NCBI GenBank assembly: GCA_045589695.1
Contig: JAZNPP010000056.1
Coordinates: 2,100-66,099, forward strand
Direction: 5' to 3'
From: Bacteroidaceae bacterium
GTDB taxonomy: Bacteria > Bacteroidota > Bacteroidia > Bacteroidales > Bacteroidaceae
Length of the DNA stretch: 64,000 bases
Shown: piece after piece, positions 18,413 through 25,046 of the stretch
Numbering within the stretch: the first letter of the stretch is position 1
How the letters are laid out: every line of letters begins with the position of its first letter
Made by a program: the position numbers and the translations under genes
The notes under the pieces: model-generated
Database searches by the model: none
What the model saw: only the letters and a program-made list of their open reading frames with translations
What the model was told of the DNA's origin: nothing

Positions 18413-19000
18413 ATGAAGAACGACAACCTGAAGAACCAGTATCGTGTAAACGAACAGATCCGTGCCAACGAGGTGCGTATTGTAGGCGAAGACATAGAGT
18501 CGGTAGTAATGCCGTTGCATAAGGCTCTTGCTCTTGCCGAAGAGAAAGAATTGGACCTTGTGGAAATTTCTCCGTCGGCCAATCCACCGGTGTGTCGCCT
18601 TATCGAATATTCAAAGTTCCTTTATCAGATGAAGAAGCGCCAGAAGGAGCAGAAGGCGAAGCAGGTTAAGATTGATGTCAAGGAGATCCGTTTCGGCCCT
18701 CAGACCGACGAACACGACTACAACTTCAAGCTGAAGCACGCCATCAGTTTTCTCCAGGACGGCGACAAGGTAAAGGCTTACGTTTTCTTCAAAGGACGCT
18801 CGATACTTTTCAAGGAACAGGGCGAAATACTTTTGCTTCGTTTCGCTAAAGACCTCGAAGAGTACGGCAAAGTAGACATGATGCCCGTTCTCGAAGGAAA
18901 GCGTATGACAATAATGATTTCGGCAAAGAAAGCTGCTCCCGCGAAGAAGGAGAAACCGGCGAAACCGCAGCCTGCTGCCGGAACCGCAGTTGAAGAATGA
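18413..19000 (+). CDS. infC: translation initiation factor IF-3
   Basis: 195-aa ORF with the [17 protein letters not shown] start and a Lys-rich linker. The ATG start has an in-frame TAA 9 nt upstream, so the enteric-type AUU start is not used here. Confidence 0.9.
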   Translation: MKNDNLKNQYRVNEQIRANEVRIVGEDIESVVMPLHKALALAEEKELDLVEISPSANPPVCRLIEYSKFLYQMKKRQKEQKAKQVKIDVKEIRFGPQTDEHDYNFKLKHAISFLQDGDKVKAYVFFKGRSILFKEQGEILLLRFAKDLEEYGKVDMMPVLEGKRMTIMISAKKAAPAKKEKPAKPQPAAGTAVEE

Positions 19001-19062
19001 AAAAGCGAGTAGTGTTGTATAGTACGCTACCGATATTTGTTAACTAATAATTTTTAAAAAAA

Positions 19063-19260
19063 ATGCCAAAAGTTAAGACTAACTCCGGTGCCAAAAAAAG
19101 ATTCGCTCTTACCGGAACAGGTAAAATCAAAAGAAAGCATGCTTATCACAGTCACATCTTGACAAAGAAGACAAAGAAGCAGAAGAGAAACCTTGTTCAC
19201 TTCACAACTCTCGACGCTGCTAATGTTAAGGGTGTTAAAGAATTGTTGTCATTGCGTTAA
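19063..19260 (+). CDS. rpmI: 50S ribosomal protein L35
   Basis: 65-aa basic [17 protein letters not shown]. Confidence 0.92.
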   Translation: MPKVKTNSGAKKRFALTGTGKIKRKHAYHSHILTKKTKKQKRNLVHFTTLDAANVKGVKELLSLR

Positions 19261-19338
19261 GTATTGAATTATTAACCGAATGTATTAGCAAAAAAGTTCG
19301 CAAGACGGCGACGCTAACATTCAAAAGATTTTAAAACT

Positions 19339-19686
19339 ATGCCAAGATCAGTAAATCACGTTGCTTCAAGAGCAAGAAGAAAGAAAATTTTAGGTTTGAC
19401 CAGAGGTTACTTTGGTGCAAGAAAGAACGTATGGACCGTAGCTAAGAACACTTGGGAGAAGGGTCTTACATACGCATTCCGTGACCGTCGTAACAAGAAG
19501 CGCGAGTTCCGTGCGCTTTGGATTCAGCGTATCAATGCGGCTGCTCGTCTCGAGGGTATGTCATACTCTCAGCTCATGGGCGCTCTGCACAAGGCCGGTA
19601 TCGAGATTAACCGCAAGGTTCTCGCTGACCTCGCTATGAACAACCCTGCCGCTTTCAAGGCAATCGTAGACAAAGTGAAGAAGTAA
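19339..19686 (+). CDS. rplT: 50S ribosomal protein L20
   Basis: 115-aa [33 protein letters not shown]. Confidence 0.93.
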   Translation: MPRSVNHVASRARRKKILGLTRGYFGARKNVWTVAKNTWEKGLTYAFRDRRNKKREFRALWIQRINAAARLEGMSYSQLMGALHKAGIEINRKVLADLAMNNPAAFKAIVDKVKK

Positions 19687-19706
19687 TCAGCTTCTTCTTG
19701 TATAAT

Positions 19707-19750
19707 AAAACACAAGCGCTGTTCTTTTCGGGACAGCGCTTGTGTTTTAT
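19707..19750 (+). terminator. intrinsic terminator after rplT
   Basis: 16-bp perfect stem AAAACACAAGCGCTGT / ACAGCGCTTGTGTTTT around a 10-nt loop, with the T-run included in the 3' arm. It lies 21 nt after the rplT stop. Confidence 0.85.
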
Positions 19751-19818
19751 ATGTATAATAATGCAATCTTAACAAATACGTTCTGCTGTAAATGAAAGAC
19801 GCCCCGCCGCAGGGCAGT

Positions 19819-19857
19819 CAAAAAATTGCGTCTCTTTGGAAGAGATGCAACTTTTAT
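19819..19857. terminator. A/T-flanked hairpin, terminator-like on both strands (stronger on minus)
   Basis: 11-bp stem TTGCGTCTCTT-TGG-AAGAGATGCAA (one G-U) at 19826-19850. It is preceded by CAAAAAA (T6 on the minus strand) and followed by CTTTTAT. Confidence 0.5.
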
Positions 19858-20000
19858 AAGAAAACCGACGGCTCACCGGCAAACTCCGGGGACTAAGTAA
19901 CTTTTTGTTTAAAACAAAAATCTCGCTTCCGCTCGCCGTTATATTCTACCGCAGTCCTCAACCTTAAACTGCTGATTGTCACAATGCGTAGGTCTTTCTC

Positions 20001-20217
20001 TCATTACTTTTTCTCTCGTGAAAAAGTAATCAAAAAACGCCGGTCACGCGAAAAAAACAGTCGTTCGTCGCTTTGCTCGCGAGTCGCACAGCGACATAAC
20101 TCGGTCGCAGCGAACTTGCCGTTCAGCTCTTTCCGTCGTTCCTCAGGGGCACCGGAACTCGCTCGGCGTTGCGTTACTGAATAATAATATAACGGCACGC
20201 CTCGCTCTGCATGTCCT
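20001..20217 (+). repeat. inverted-repeat copy A (~215 nt, hairpin-rich)
   Basis: Aligns over its full length with the reverse complement of 20551-20763. Shared blocks are ATAACTCG, CTTGCCGTT and CGGAACTCGCT. It starts with the hairpin TTACTTTTTC-TCTCGT-GAAAAAGTAA. Confidence 0.8.
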
Positions 20218-20281
20218 CGCCTTTTCCCTGAGAAACAACGGAGCCTCACTCTGTTTTTAACGGTGACGGTATTGTTCGGAA

Positions 20282-20379
20282 ATTACTCTTGCAATGGAAT
20301 AAACAACAGCTGAAGTAACTTCAAAATAAAACCGGCACTATAAGCGAGAGAGTGTAAAGCCCTGCCGGATGCAGGCCAT
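20282..20379 (+). repeat. direct repeat DR1 (98 nt)
   Basis: ATTACTCTTGCAATGGAATAAACAACAGCTGAAGTAAC...AAAGCCCTGCCGGATGCAGGCCAT. About 90 percent identical to 20448-20544. Confidence 0.85.
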
Positions 20380-20447
20380 AAAACTGAAAACAGCGAATTC
20401 TTATAGTTTATTGTTTCATTGTTGCACATTAGAGTTTTTAGCAAAAC

Positions 20448-20544
20448 ATTACTCTTGCAATGAATAAGCGACAGCAGAAGTAATTTTCAAAATAAACCGG
20501 CACTGTAAGTGAGAGAGTGCAAAGCCCTGCCGGATGCAGGCCAT
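20448..20544 (+). repeat. direct repeat DR2 (97 nt)
   Basis: ATTACTCTTGCAATGAATAAGCGACAGCAGAAGTAAT...AAAGCCCTGCCGGATGCAGGCCAT. It lies 166 nt downstream of DR1 and ends 6 nt before inverted-repeat copy B. Confidence 0.85.
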
Positions 20545-20550
20545 TGCGCG

Positions 20551-20763
20551 AGGACTGTATGAGCGAAGTGCGGGTATAATTTACATTGCATAGCCGCACG
20601 AAGCGAGTTCCGCAGCGCCCTGCGGACGGCAGAAAGGCTTGAAACGGCAAGCGGACGACGGACGAGTTATATTGCCGGCGGCAATTCACGAGCAAGAGGA
20701 GAAAGCGGCTCGAACGCCCTGTGCCGGGCCTTTTGGTACTTTTGTGCGACAAAAGTACATGAC
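20551..20763 (-). repeat. inverted-repeat copy B (~215 nt, hairpin-rich)
   Basis: Its reverse complement aligns with 20001-20217 at roughly two-thirds identity by eye. It starts (minus orientation) with the hairpin GTACTTTTG-TCGCA-CAAAAGTAC and contains ATTGCC-GCC-GGCAAT and CCGCAG-GGCG-CTGCGG hairpins. Confidence 0.8.
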
Positions 20764-20890
20764 AGAACGACAACAAAAAGAATAAAAAACAACAGGTCAA
20801 GGGTAAATCGCAACAAGAATAAAACATCCTACCCCACAGCCTTCGCAGGTAAGCATTAAAAGTTGTAAGAGCGAAAGAAAAATTGATTTA

Positions 20891-20925
20891 TTTAAAAATA
20901 AAAAAGGAGAACTTATGTTCTCCTT
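20891..20925 (-). terminator. intrinsic terminator after initiator tRNA
   Basis: On the minus strand: AAGGAGAAC-ATAA-GTTCTCCTT followed by TTTTTATTTTTAAA, beginning 5 nt after the tRNA 3' end. Confidence 0.8.
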
Positions 20926-20929
20926 AAAG

Positions 20930-21001
20930 TAGCGGGGGAAGGGATCGAACCTCCGGCCTTTGGGTTATGAGCCCAACGAGCTACCACTGCTCCACCCCGC
21001 G
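20930..21001 (-). tRNA. initiator tRNA-Met (anticodon CAT)
   Basis: Reverse complement reads CGCGGGGTGGAGCAGTGGTAGCTCGTTGGGCTCATAACCCAAAGGCCGGAGGTTCGATCCCTTCCCCCGCTA. It folds as a cloverleaf with a 1:72 C-U mismatch. The anticodon stem has three G-C pairs (GGG/CCC), and the 5' 15 nt are identical to the E. coli initiator. CCA is not encoded. Confidence 0.9.
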
Positions 21002-21022
21002 ATGCGGTTTTCAAAACTGATG

Positions 21023-21030
21023 CAAAGGTA
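21023..21030 (-). promoter_or_regulatory. -7 promoter box for initiator tRNA
   Basis: The minus strand reads TACCTTTG, 22 nt upstream of the mature tRNA 5' end. Confidence 0.5.
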
Positions 21031-21114
21031 ATACAATCTTTCTTTCAAAACAAATATTCCGGAGATTTTTTCTCAAAAAACCATGTTTTTGTACTTTTTT
21101 CATATTTCCGTTAT

Positions 21115-21128
21115 TGCACATCTGTGCA
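21115..21128. promoter_or_regulatory. candidate TetR operator palindrome
   Basis: TGCACA-TC-TGTGCA perfect 6-bp inverted repeat, 9 nt upstream of the TAATTTCG box of the TetR gene. Confidence 0.35.
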
Positions 21129-21136
21129 TAAAAGTG

Positions 21137-21144
21137 TAATTTCG
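21137..21144 (+). promoter_or_regulatory. -7 promoter box for the TetR / rluA-like pair
   Basis: TAATTTCG, 18 nt before the ATG at 21162. Confidence 0.4.
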
Positions 21145-21161
21145 CGACAAAATATAAAAAT

Positions 21162-21755
21162 ATGGCAGCACCCGACACGAAAGAGGTCTTAATAAAAGTC
21201 GCAAGAAAATTATTCGCGAAGCATGGCATAAGCAATATAACCATGAATGACATAGCTCAGGCTGCGGAAAAGAGCAGAAGAACGGTCTACACATACTTCC
21301 AGAGCAAGGAAGAGCTGCTTGAGGCGTCCATTGAAATGGAGGTCAAGAAGATATCGGCAGCCATGACAAAGGTAGCCGTGTCGGCCCTGCCTATCGACAA
21401 GAAGATTATAAAGCTTATTTTTGTACGTCTGCGCATGACCCGCAGCATCGTACGCCGCAACGGGTGCCTCCATTCCGACTACATCGTCATTGTCGAGCAT
21501 ATACGAAAGAGTTTCGACTCTAAGGAGATTGCGTTGTTCCGCCATATAATAGCCGAGGGGAAGCAGAGAGGAATATTCAAGACCGAAAGCCCCGACCTTG
21601 CCGCAAGATTTCTGCATTTTTGCCTGAAGGGCATCGAGATTCCCTTTGTCAATGGCATTGTTAGCAAGAACAACGATGAGAAATTCGTATATCACTTCAC
21701 CGAGAATGTAATATTAGGCGCTCTCGGACATACAGGAACCATTAACAGCATCTGA
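21162..21755 (+). CDS. TetR/AcrR family transcriptional regulator
   Basis: 197-aa ORF with the N-terminal HTH LIKVARKLFAKHGISNITMNDIAQAAEKSRRTVYTYFQSKEELL. Confidence 0.8.
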   Translation: MAAPDTKEVLIKVARKLFAKHGISNITMNDIAQAAEKSRRTVYTYFQSKEELLEASIEMEVKKISAAMTKVAVSALPIDKKIIKLIFVRLRMTRSIVRRNGCLHSDYIVIVEHIRKSFDSKEIALFRHIIAEGKQRGIFKTESPDLAARFLHFCLKGIEIPFVNGIVSKNNDEKFVYHFTENVILGALGHTGTINSI

Positions 21756-21757
21756 GA

Positions 21758-22429
21758 ATGAACGTACTCTACGAAGACAACCATATTATAATAATAAACA
21801 AGGCTGCAGGAGAGATTGTCCAGGGAGACAAGACCGGCGACGAGTCCCTGTGCGAAAAGATGAAAATGTTTCTCAAAGAGAAATACGCAAAGCCGGGGAA
21901 TGTTTTTGTCGGTCTGCCGCACCGTCTCGACCGTCCCGTCAGCGGCATTGTCGTGTTCGCAAAAACGAGCAAAGCGCTCGAAAGGCTAAACACGATGTTC
22001 CGTGACGGTGCCGTAAAAAAGATATATTGGGCTATAACAAAGGGCGTGCCTGTACCGGGAGAAGGGGAGATAAGCAGTTGGATTCTGCGTAACGAAAAGA
22101 TGAACAAGAGCTTTTCCTACCCAAAGGAGGTAAAAGGCAGCAAGCACGCCTTGCTCTGCTATTCCCACATAGCGTCGTCGCAGAACTACAGCCTCATCGA
22201 AGTGGAACTGAAAACAGGCCGCCACCACCAGATACGTTGCCAGCTGGCATCAATCGGCTGTCCCATTAAGGGCGACCTTAAGTACGGAGCGAAGCGTTCC
22301 AACCCCGACGGCAGCATATCCCTGCACGCTCGCAGCATTGAGTTCATTCATCCTGTATCAAAGGAACATATAAAGATAACAGCTCCGCTGCCGAATGACA
22401 ACCTATGGAAAAGTTTTGAAAACGATTAA
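21758..22429 (+). CDS. RluA-family pseudouridine synthase (short form without S4 domain)
   Basis: 223-aa ORF with the catalytic motif HRLDRPVSGIVVFAKT and a later GRHHQIR block. It starts 3 nt after the TetR stop. Confidence 0.8.
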   Translation: MNVLYEDNHIIIINKAAGEIVQGDKTGDESLCEKMKMFLKEKYAKPGNVFVGLPHRLDRPVSGIVVFAKTSKALERLNTMFRDGAVKKIYWAITKGVPVPGEGEISSWILRNEKMNKSFSYPKEVKGSKHALLCYSHIASSQNYSLIEVELKTGRHHQIRCQLASIGCPIKGDLKYGAKRSNPDGSISLHARSIEFIHPVSKEHIKITAPLPNDNLWKSFEND

Positions 22430-22457
22430 AGTTGCGTGACGAGCCCTCAAAATTTAA

Positions 22458-22497
22458 ATTCAGTCCCGAACCCGCCTCGGCGGCTTCGGGACTGAAT
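22458..22497. terminator. bidirectional terminator between convergent rluA-like gene and the 760-aa ORF
   Basis: 13-bp stem ATTCAGTCCCGAA / TTCGGGACTGAAT around the GC-rich loop CCCGCCTCGGCGGC, flanked by A/T on both sides. Confidence 0.75.
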
Positions 22498-22504
22498 CAT
22501 CAAA

Positions 22505-24787
22505 TCACTGCTCCGCGGCCGTTCCTGCGGCTGCCTCCGCCGGCTGAGCCTCGGCTGTTTCAACCGGTTGTGCCTCTTCGACGACCTCAACCTTTTCTTT
22601 GTTGAACATCGGCAATGGAGAAGGAGCTCCCGCGAATGCCAATATATTGCCGAGCCAAAGGCCTGCAAGCACCACAGCGACAGAAATAAGAGATATTATC
22701 ACCTTAAGCCATGCAGGAATACCTTTTCTTGCATACGGGTCCTTAAGTTTAAGTTTCGGGAAATGCGCAACATCCGTCAATGTCTCGCCGAACGGTATGC
22801 TTATCTTTGACGCGGCATTTATCGCCCATCCGTTAGCGTTGAGCAACGGCGCTATGTTACGACGACGCAGCTTCATCCATGCCATTACCATAGCAGGACC
22901 GGATATGACGAGCATGACACCGATGAATGCAGCTATCAGCTGCCACCAATTAAGACCAAATACACCTCTGAAGATGCTTGTAAGGGTTGCACCTATCATG
23001 CCGACAGCCATACCTAAGGCAGCAAAGATACCGGCGAATTTGGCAATATCGAACGGCTGCGCCGGAGCCTTGTTCTCCTCATTCTTAGGCAATGTCGTGG
23101 GGGTTGCGTTTATCTTAGCGTTCACATCCTTCATCATGGCCGCATCCTTGTCGGCAGCGCTCTTGTTGATAAGGTTTTCTACGGTCGTAGCCATGCGACG
23201 GTAAGGCGACCAGAACGCCTGTCCTATACTTATAGGATTGTCTATTATCTTTGTCACTACCGCATCCCATACCTGTCCTTTATTGTCGTAGTAGATGGCG
23301 TTCTTTCCGACGACAAGGTCGCCGATGTTGCCTACGGTAATCGCAGCCACAATGTTCAGTTTGGAAGGATTTGTCTTTGTCGTGCAATCGCAGTATACAA
23401 GATACATGCCGCTTGCCGCAGCCATAGTGTTGTGCTTGGCCATATCGGCAACCTGCATACACATGCGGCATTCACGCTGGTCGATAAGCAGACGTCCGCT
23501 CTGGAATACGGCTCTTACTTTTTTGTTTCTTGAATAGAAGTCCTGGAACGTCACGAAGTTGCATAGCAAGCGGTAGAAGTCACGGTATATATGCAGGAAC
23601 TTGTCCACCAGGTCAATGCCCTCAGAAGCCTCTTTGAGCGCCACGTCCTGAGCCACGAGATCGAGCAACGCCTGCTTCTTGTCGTCGGCAATCATCTTCT
23701 TTATCGCATCAAGGCCTAACGTCTCTACCTCACCGCCCTTCTTGGCAACCTTCCATGCATTATATTCAGCGAAAGAAGCGCCTATTGCGGCCCATGACTC
23801 TTCGGTAATAACCTTTCCTTTGGGCTTTACTATAGAAATGAGCGTATTGAACTTTGAGGCCCATGCAGGATTAATGGCCGCATTGATGTCAAGTTCAGCC
23901 TTTCCGGTGATGCGAGCGACAGGATATGCGGCTATATCATCGGTCTTGCCGGTAAGGTTTTCCGCGCTTATCGCCTCTATGAGGGCAGCCTGCACGTCGA
24001 GCTTAGCTGCGCTCTCAGGTGAGAACGACGCGAGCTGCGAACGCACGAAATAGTCCTTCACCTTGACGTCAAGCGCATTGTACGCTTCTATAGCCTTGTC
24101 GGTATCGGCACCGTATGGAGCTTCAACGGCCGCCTCCTGCCATGCTACATAGTCGGCCATAGCCTGATAGAATTTCTCTATCAGCTCGGCATTCACGCCA
24201 TTCTCGCCGCTGCGGTCGGCCACGCCGCCAAAAGCATTGATGATTGCGGCTATCGCAGCCTTCTCTTCTTCGTTTTCCGAGGTCTGACCGGTGATTACGC
24301 CGTCACCATTGAAACGGGTCTTCGCAAAAATCGCAACAGTGTCGGCCGCGTCGGCCAAAGAGATTACAGAACCCTCTTTGCCAAGATTTACAAGTATCTG
24401 CTTTGCCGAATTATGCAATATAAGACCGTCGGCATTTTCCTGATTGAACATCTCGACGTCGATACTGTCAGCGCCCTTTACCAGCAAATCGGCATCTTTG
24501 ACTACCGATGTAAGCCATTGCGATGTAGCTACCACATCGCTTACACGGATACGCCCGTCATTATCGGCATCGATATATTTCAAGCTCTTGTCGTCGATAT
24601 CAAGCCCTGTAGTGGGGCATGAAAGCACCGTCCACTTCTTAATGTCCAGTTCCCCGAGATGAGCGATGTCGGCACCGGTAGCGACCTTTACACGCGTAGC
24701 GCCACCAATGTTTTCATAGTTCCATGAATGTTTTCTTGTTGCCATAATATGTTTAAAATGTATTGATGTGTTCTTTCGTTCAGCCAA
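22505..24787 (-). CDS. hypothetical large membrane protein with EF-hand-like loop
   Basis: 760-aa ORF. The more likely start is the ATG at 24745 (MATRKHSWNYEN). It has a canonical 12-residue EF-hand loop DADNDGRIRVSD (nt 24536-24571) and a long acidic helical region. These are followed by a conserved-looking FYRLLCNFVTFQDFY block, a beta-rich segment, three or four C-terminal TM helices and an Ala/Glu/Pro-rich tail. I recognise no catalytic motif. Confidence 0.6.
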   Translation of the reverse strand: MAERKNTSIHFKHIMATRKHSWNYENIGGATRVKVATGADIAHLGELDIKKWTVLSCPTTGLDIDDKSLKYIDADNDGRIRVSDVVATSQWLTSVVKDADLLVKGADSIDVEMFNQENADGLILHNSAKQILVNLGKEGSVISLADAADTVAIFAKTRFNGDGVITGQTSENEEEKAAIAAIINAFGGVADRSGENGVNAELIEKFYQAMADYVAWQEAAVEAPYGADTDKAIEAYNALDVKVKDYFVRSQLASFSPESAAKLDVQAALIEAISAENLTGKTDDIAAYPVARITGKAELDINAAINPAWASKFNTLISIVKPKGKVITEESWAAIGASFAEYNAWKVAKKGGEVETLGLDAIKKMIADDKKQALLDLVAQDVALKEASEGIDLVDKFLHIYRDFYRLLCNFVTFQDFYSRNKKVRAVFQSGRLLIDQRECRMCMQVADMAKHNTMAAASGMYLVYCDCTTKTNPSKLNIVAAITVGNIGDLVVGKNAIYYDNKGQVWDAVVTKIIDNPISIGQAFWSPYRRMATTVENLINKSAADKDAAMMKDVNAKINATPTTLPKNEENKAPAQPFDIAKFAGIFAALGMAVGMIGATLTSIFRGVFGLNWWQLIAAFIGVMLVISGPAMVMAWMKLRRRNIAPLLNANGWAINAASKISIPFGETLTDVAHFPKLKLKDPYARKGIPAWLKVIISLISVAVVLAGLWLGNILAFAGAPSPLPMFNKEKVEVVEEAQPVETAEAQPAEAAAGTAAEQ

Positions 24788-24879
24788 GCTACTGCCATCG
24801 CAAGGCAGATTTTGTCCTTGCGGTAATCACGGCTTATTATATAATAAATCACAAAAATAACATACAAATTATTATTCTG

Positions 24880-24887
24880 CAAATATA
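24880..24887 (-). promoter_or_regulatory. -7 promoter box for the 760-aa ORF
   Basis: The minus strand reads TATATTTG (exact consensus) in a very AT-rich stretch. It lies 93 nt upstream of the ATG at 24787 and 135 nt upstream of the ATG at 24745. Confidence 0.4.
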
Positions 24888-25046
24888 ATTCAAACAATGC
24901 CGTTTAATCGCGACTTTAACTTCGTTGAAGCCTTCGTTCCAGCGGATGTGAAATCCGATGGTTATATATTTTATAAGTAACAAAAACACCTAAGACAAGC
25001 GACGGAATATCAAATCCCTGCATGTTGGACTCCGCAATCGTTAAAC

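Noticed and set aside
20282-20544. Could the tandem repeats be a mini CRISPR array?
   Set aside because: There are only two units, each ~97 nt long (CRISPR repeats are about 24-48 nt), and they are only ~90 percent identical. There is a single 68-nt spacer and no cas genes anywhere in the window.
19984-20827. ORFs of 66, 81 and 129 aa predicted inside the rplT-tRNA island
   Set aside because: They coincide with the inverted and direct repeats and are Arg/Ser/Cys/Phe-rich. They have no promoter or start context. The two repeat copies differ by frame-breaking indels and non-synonymous changes. They are interpreted as non-coding.
19751-21160. An integrated mobile element or prophage remnant at the initiator tRNA (and likewise at tRNA-Gly, 35389-35702)
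   Set aside because: No integrase, transposase or phage gene is present. No duplicated copy of either tRNA 3' end (att-like direct repeat) could be found nearby. Flanking genes on both sides are core housekeeping genes.
21011-21294. Minus-strand ORFs of 80 and 64 aa overlapping the tRNA and TetR promoters
   Set aside because: They lie in an AT-rich divergent promoter region with a hydrophobic low-complexity translation, and they overlap the TetR start. No support beyond being open frames.
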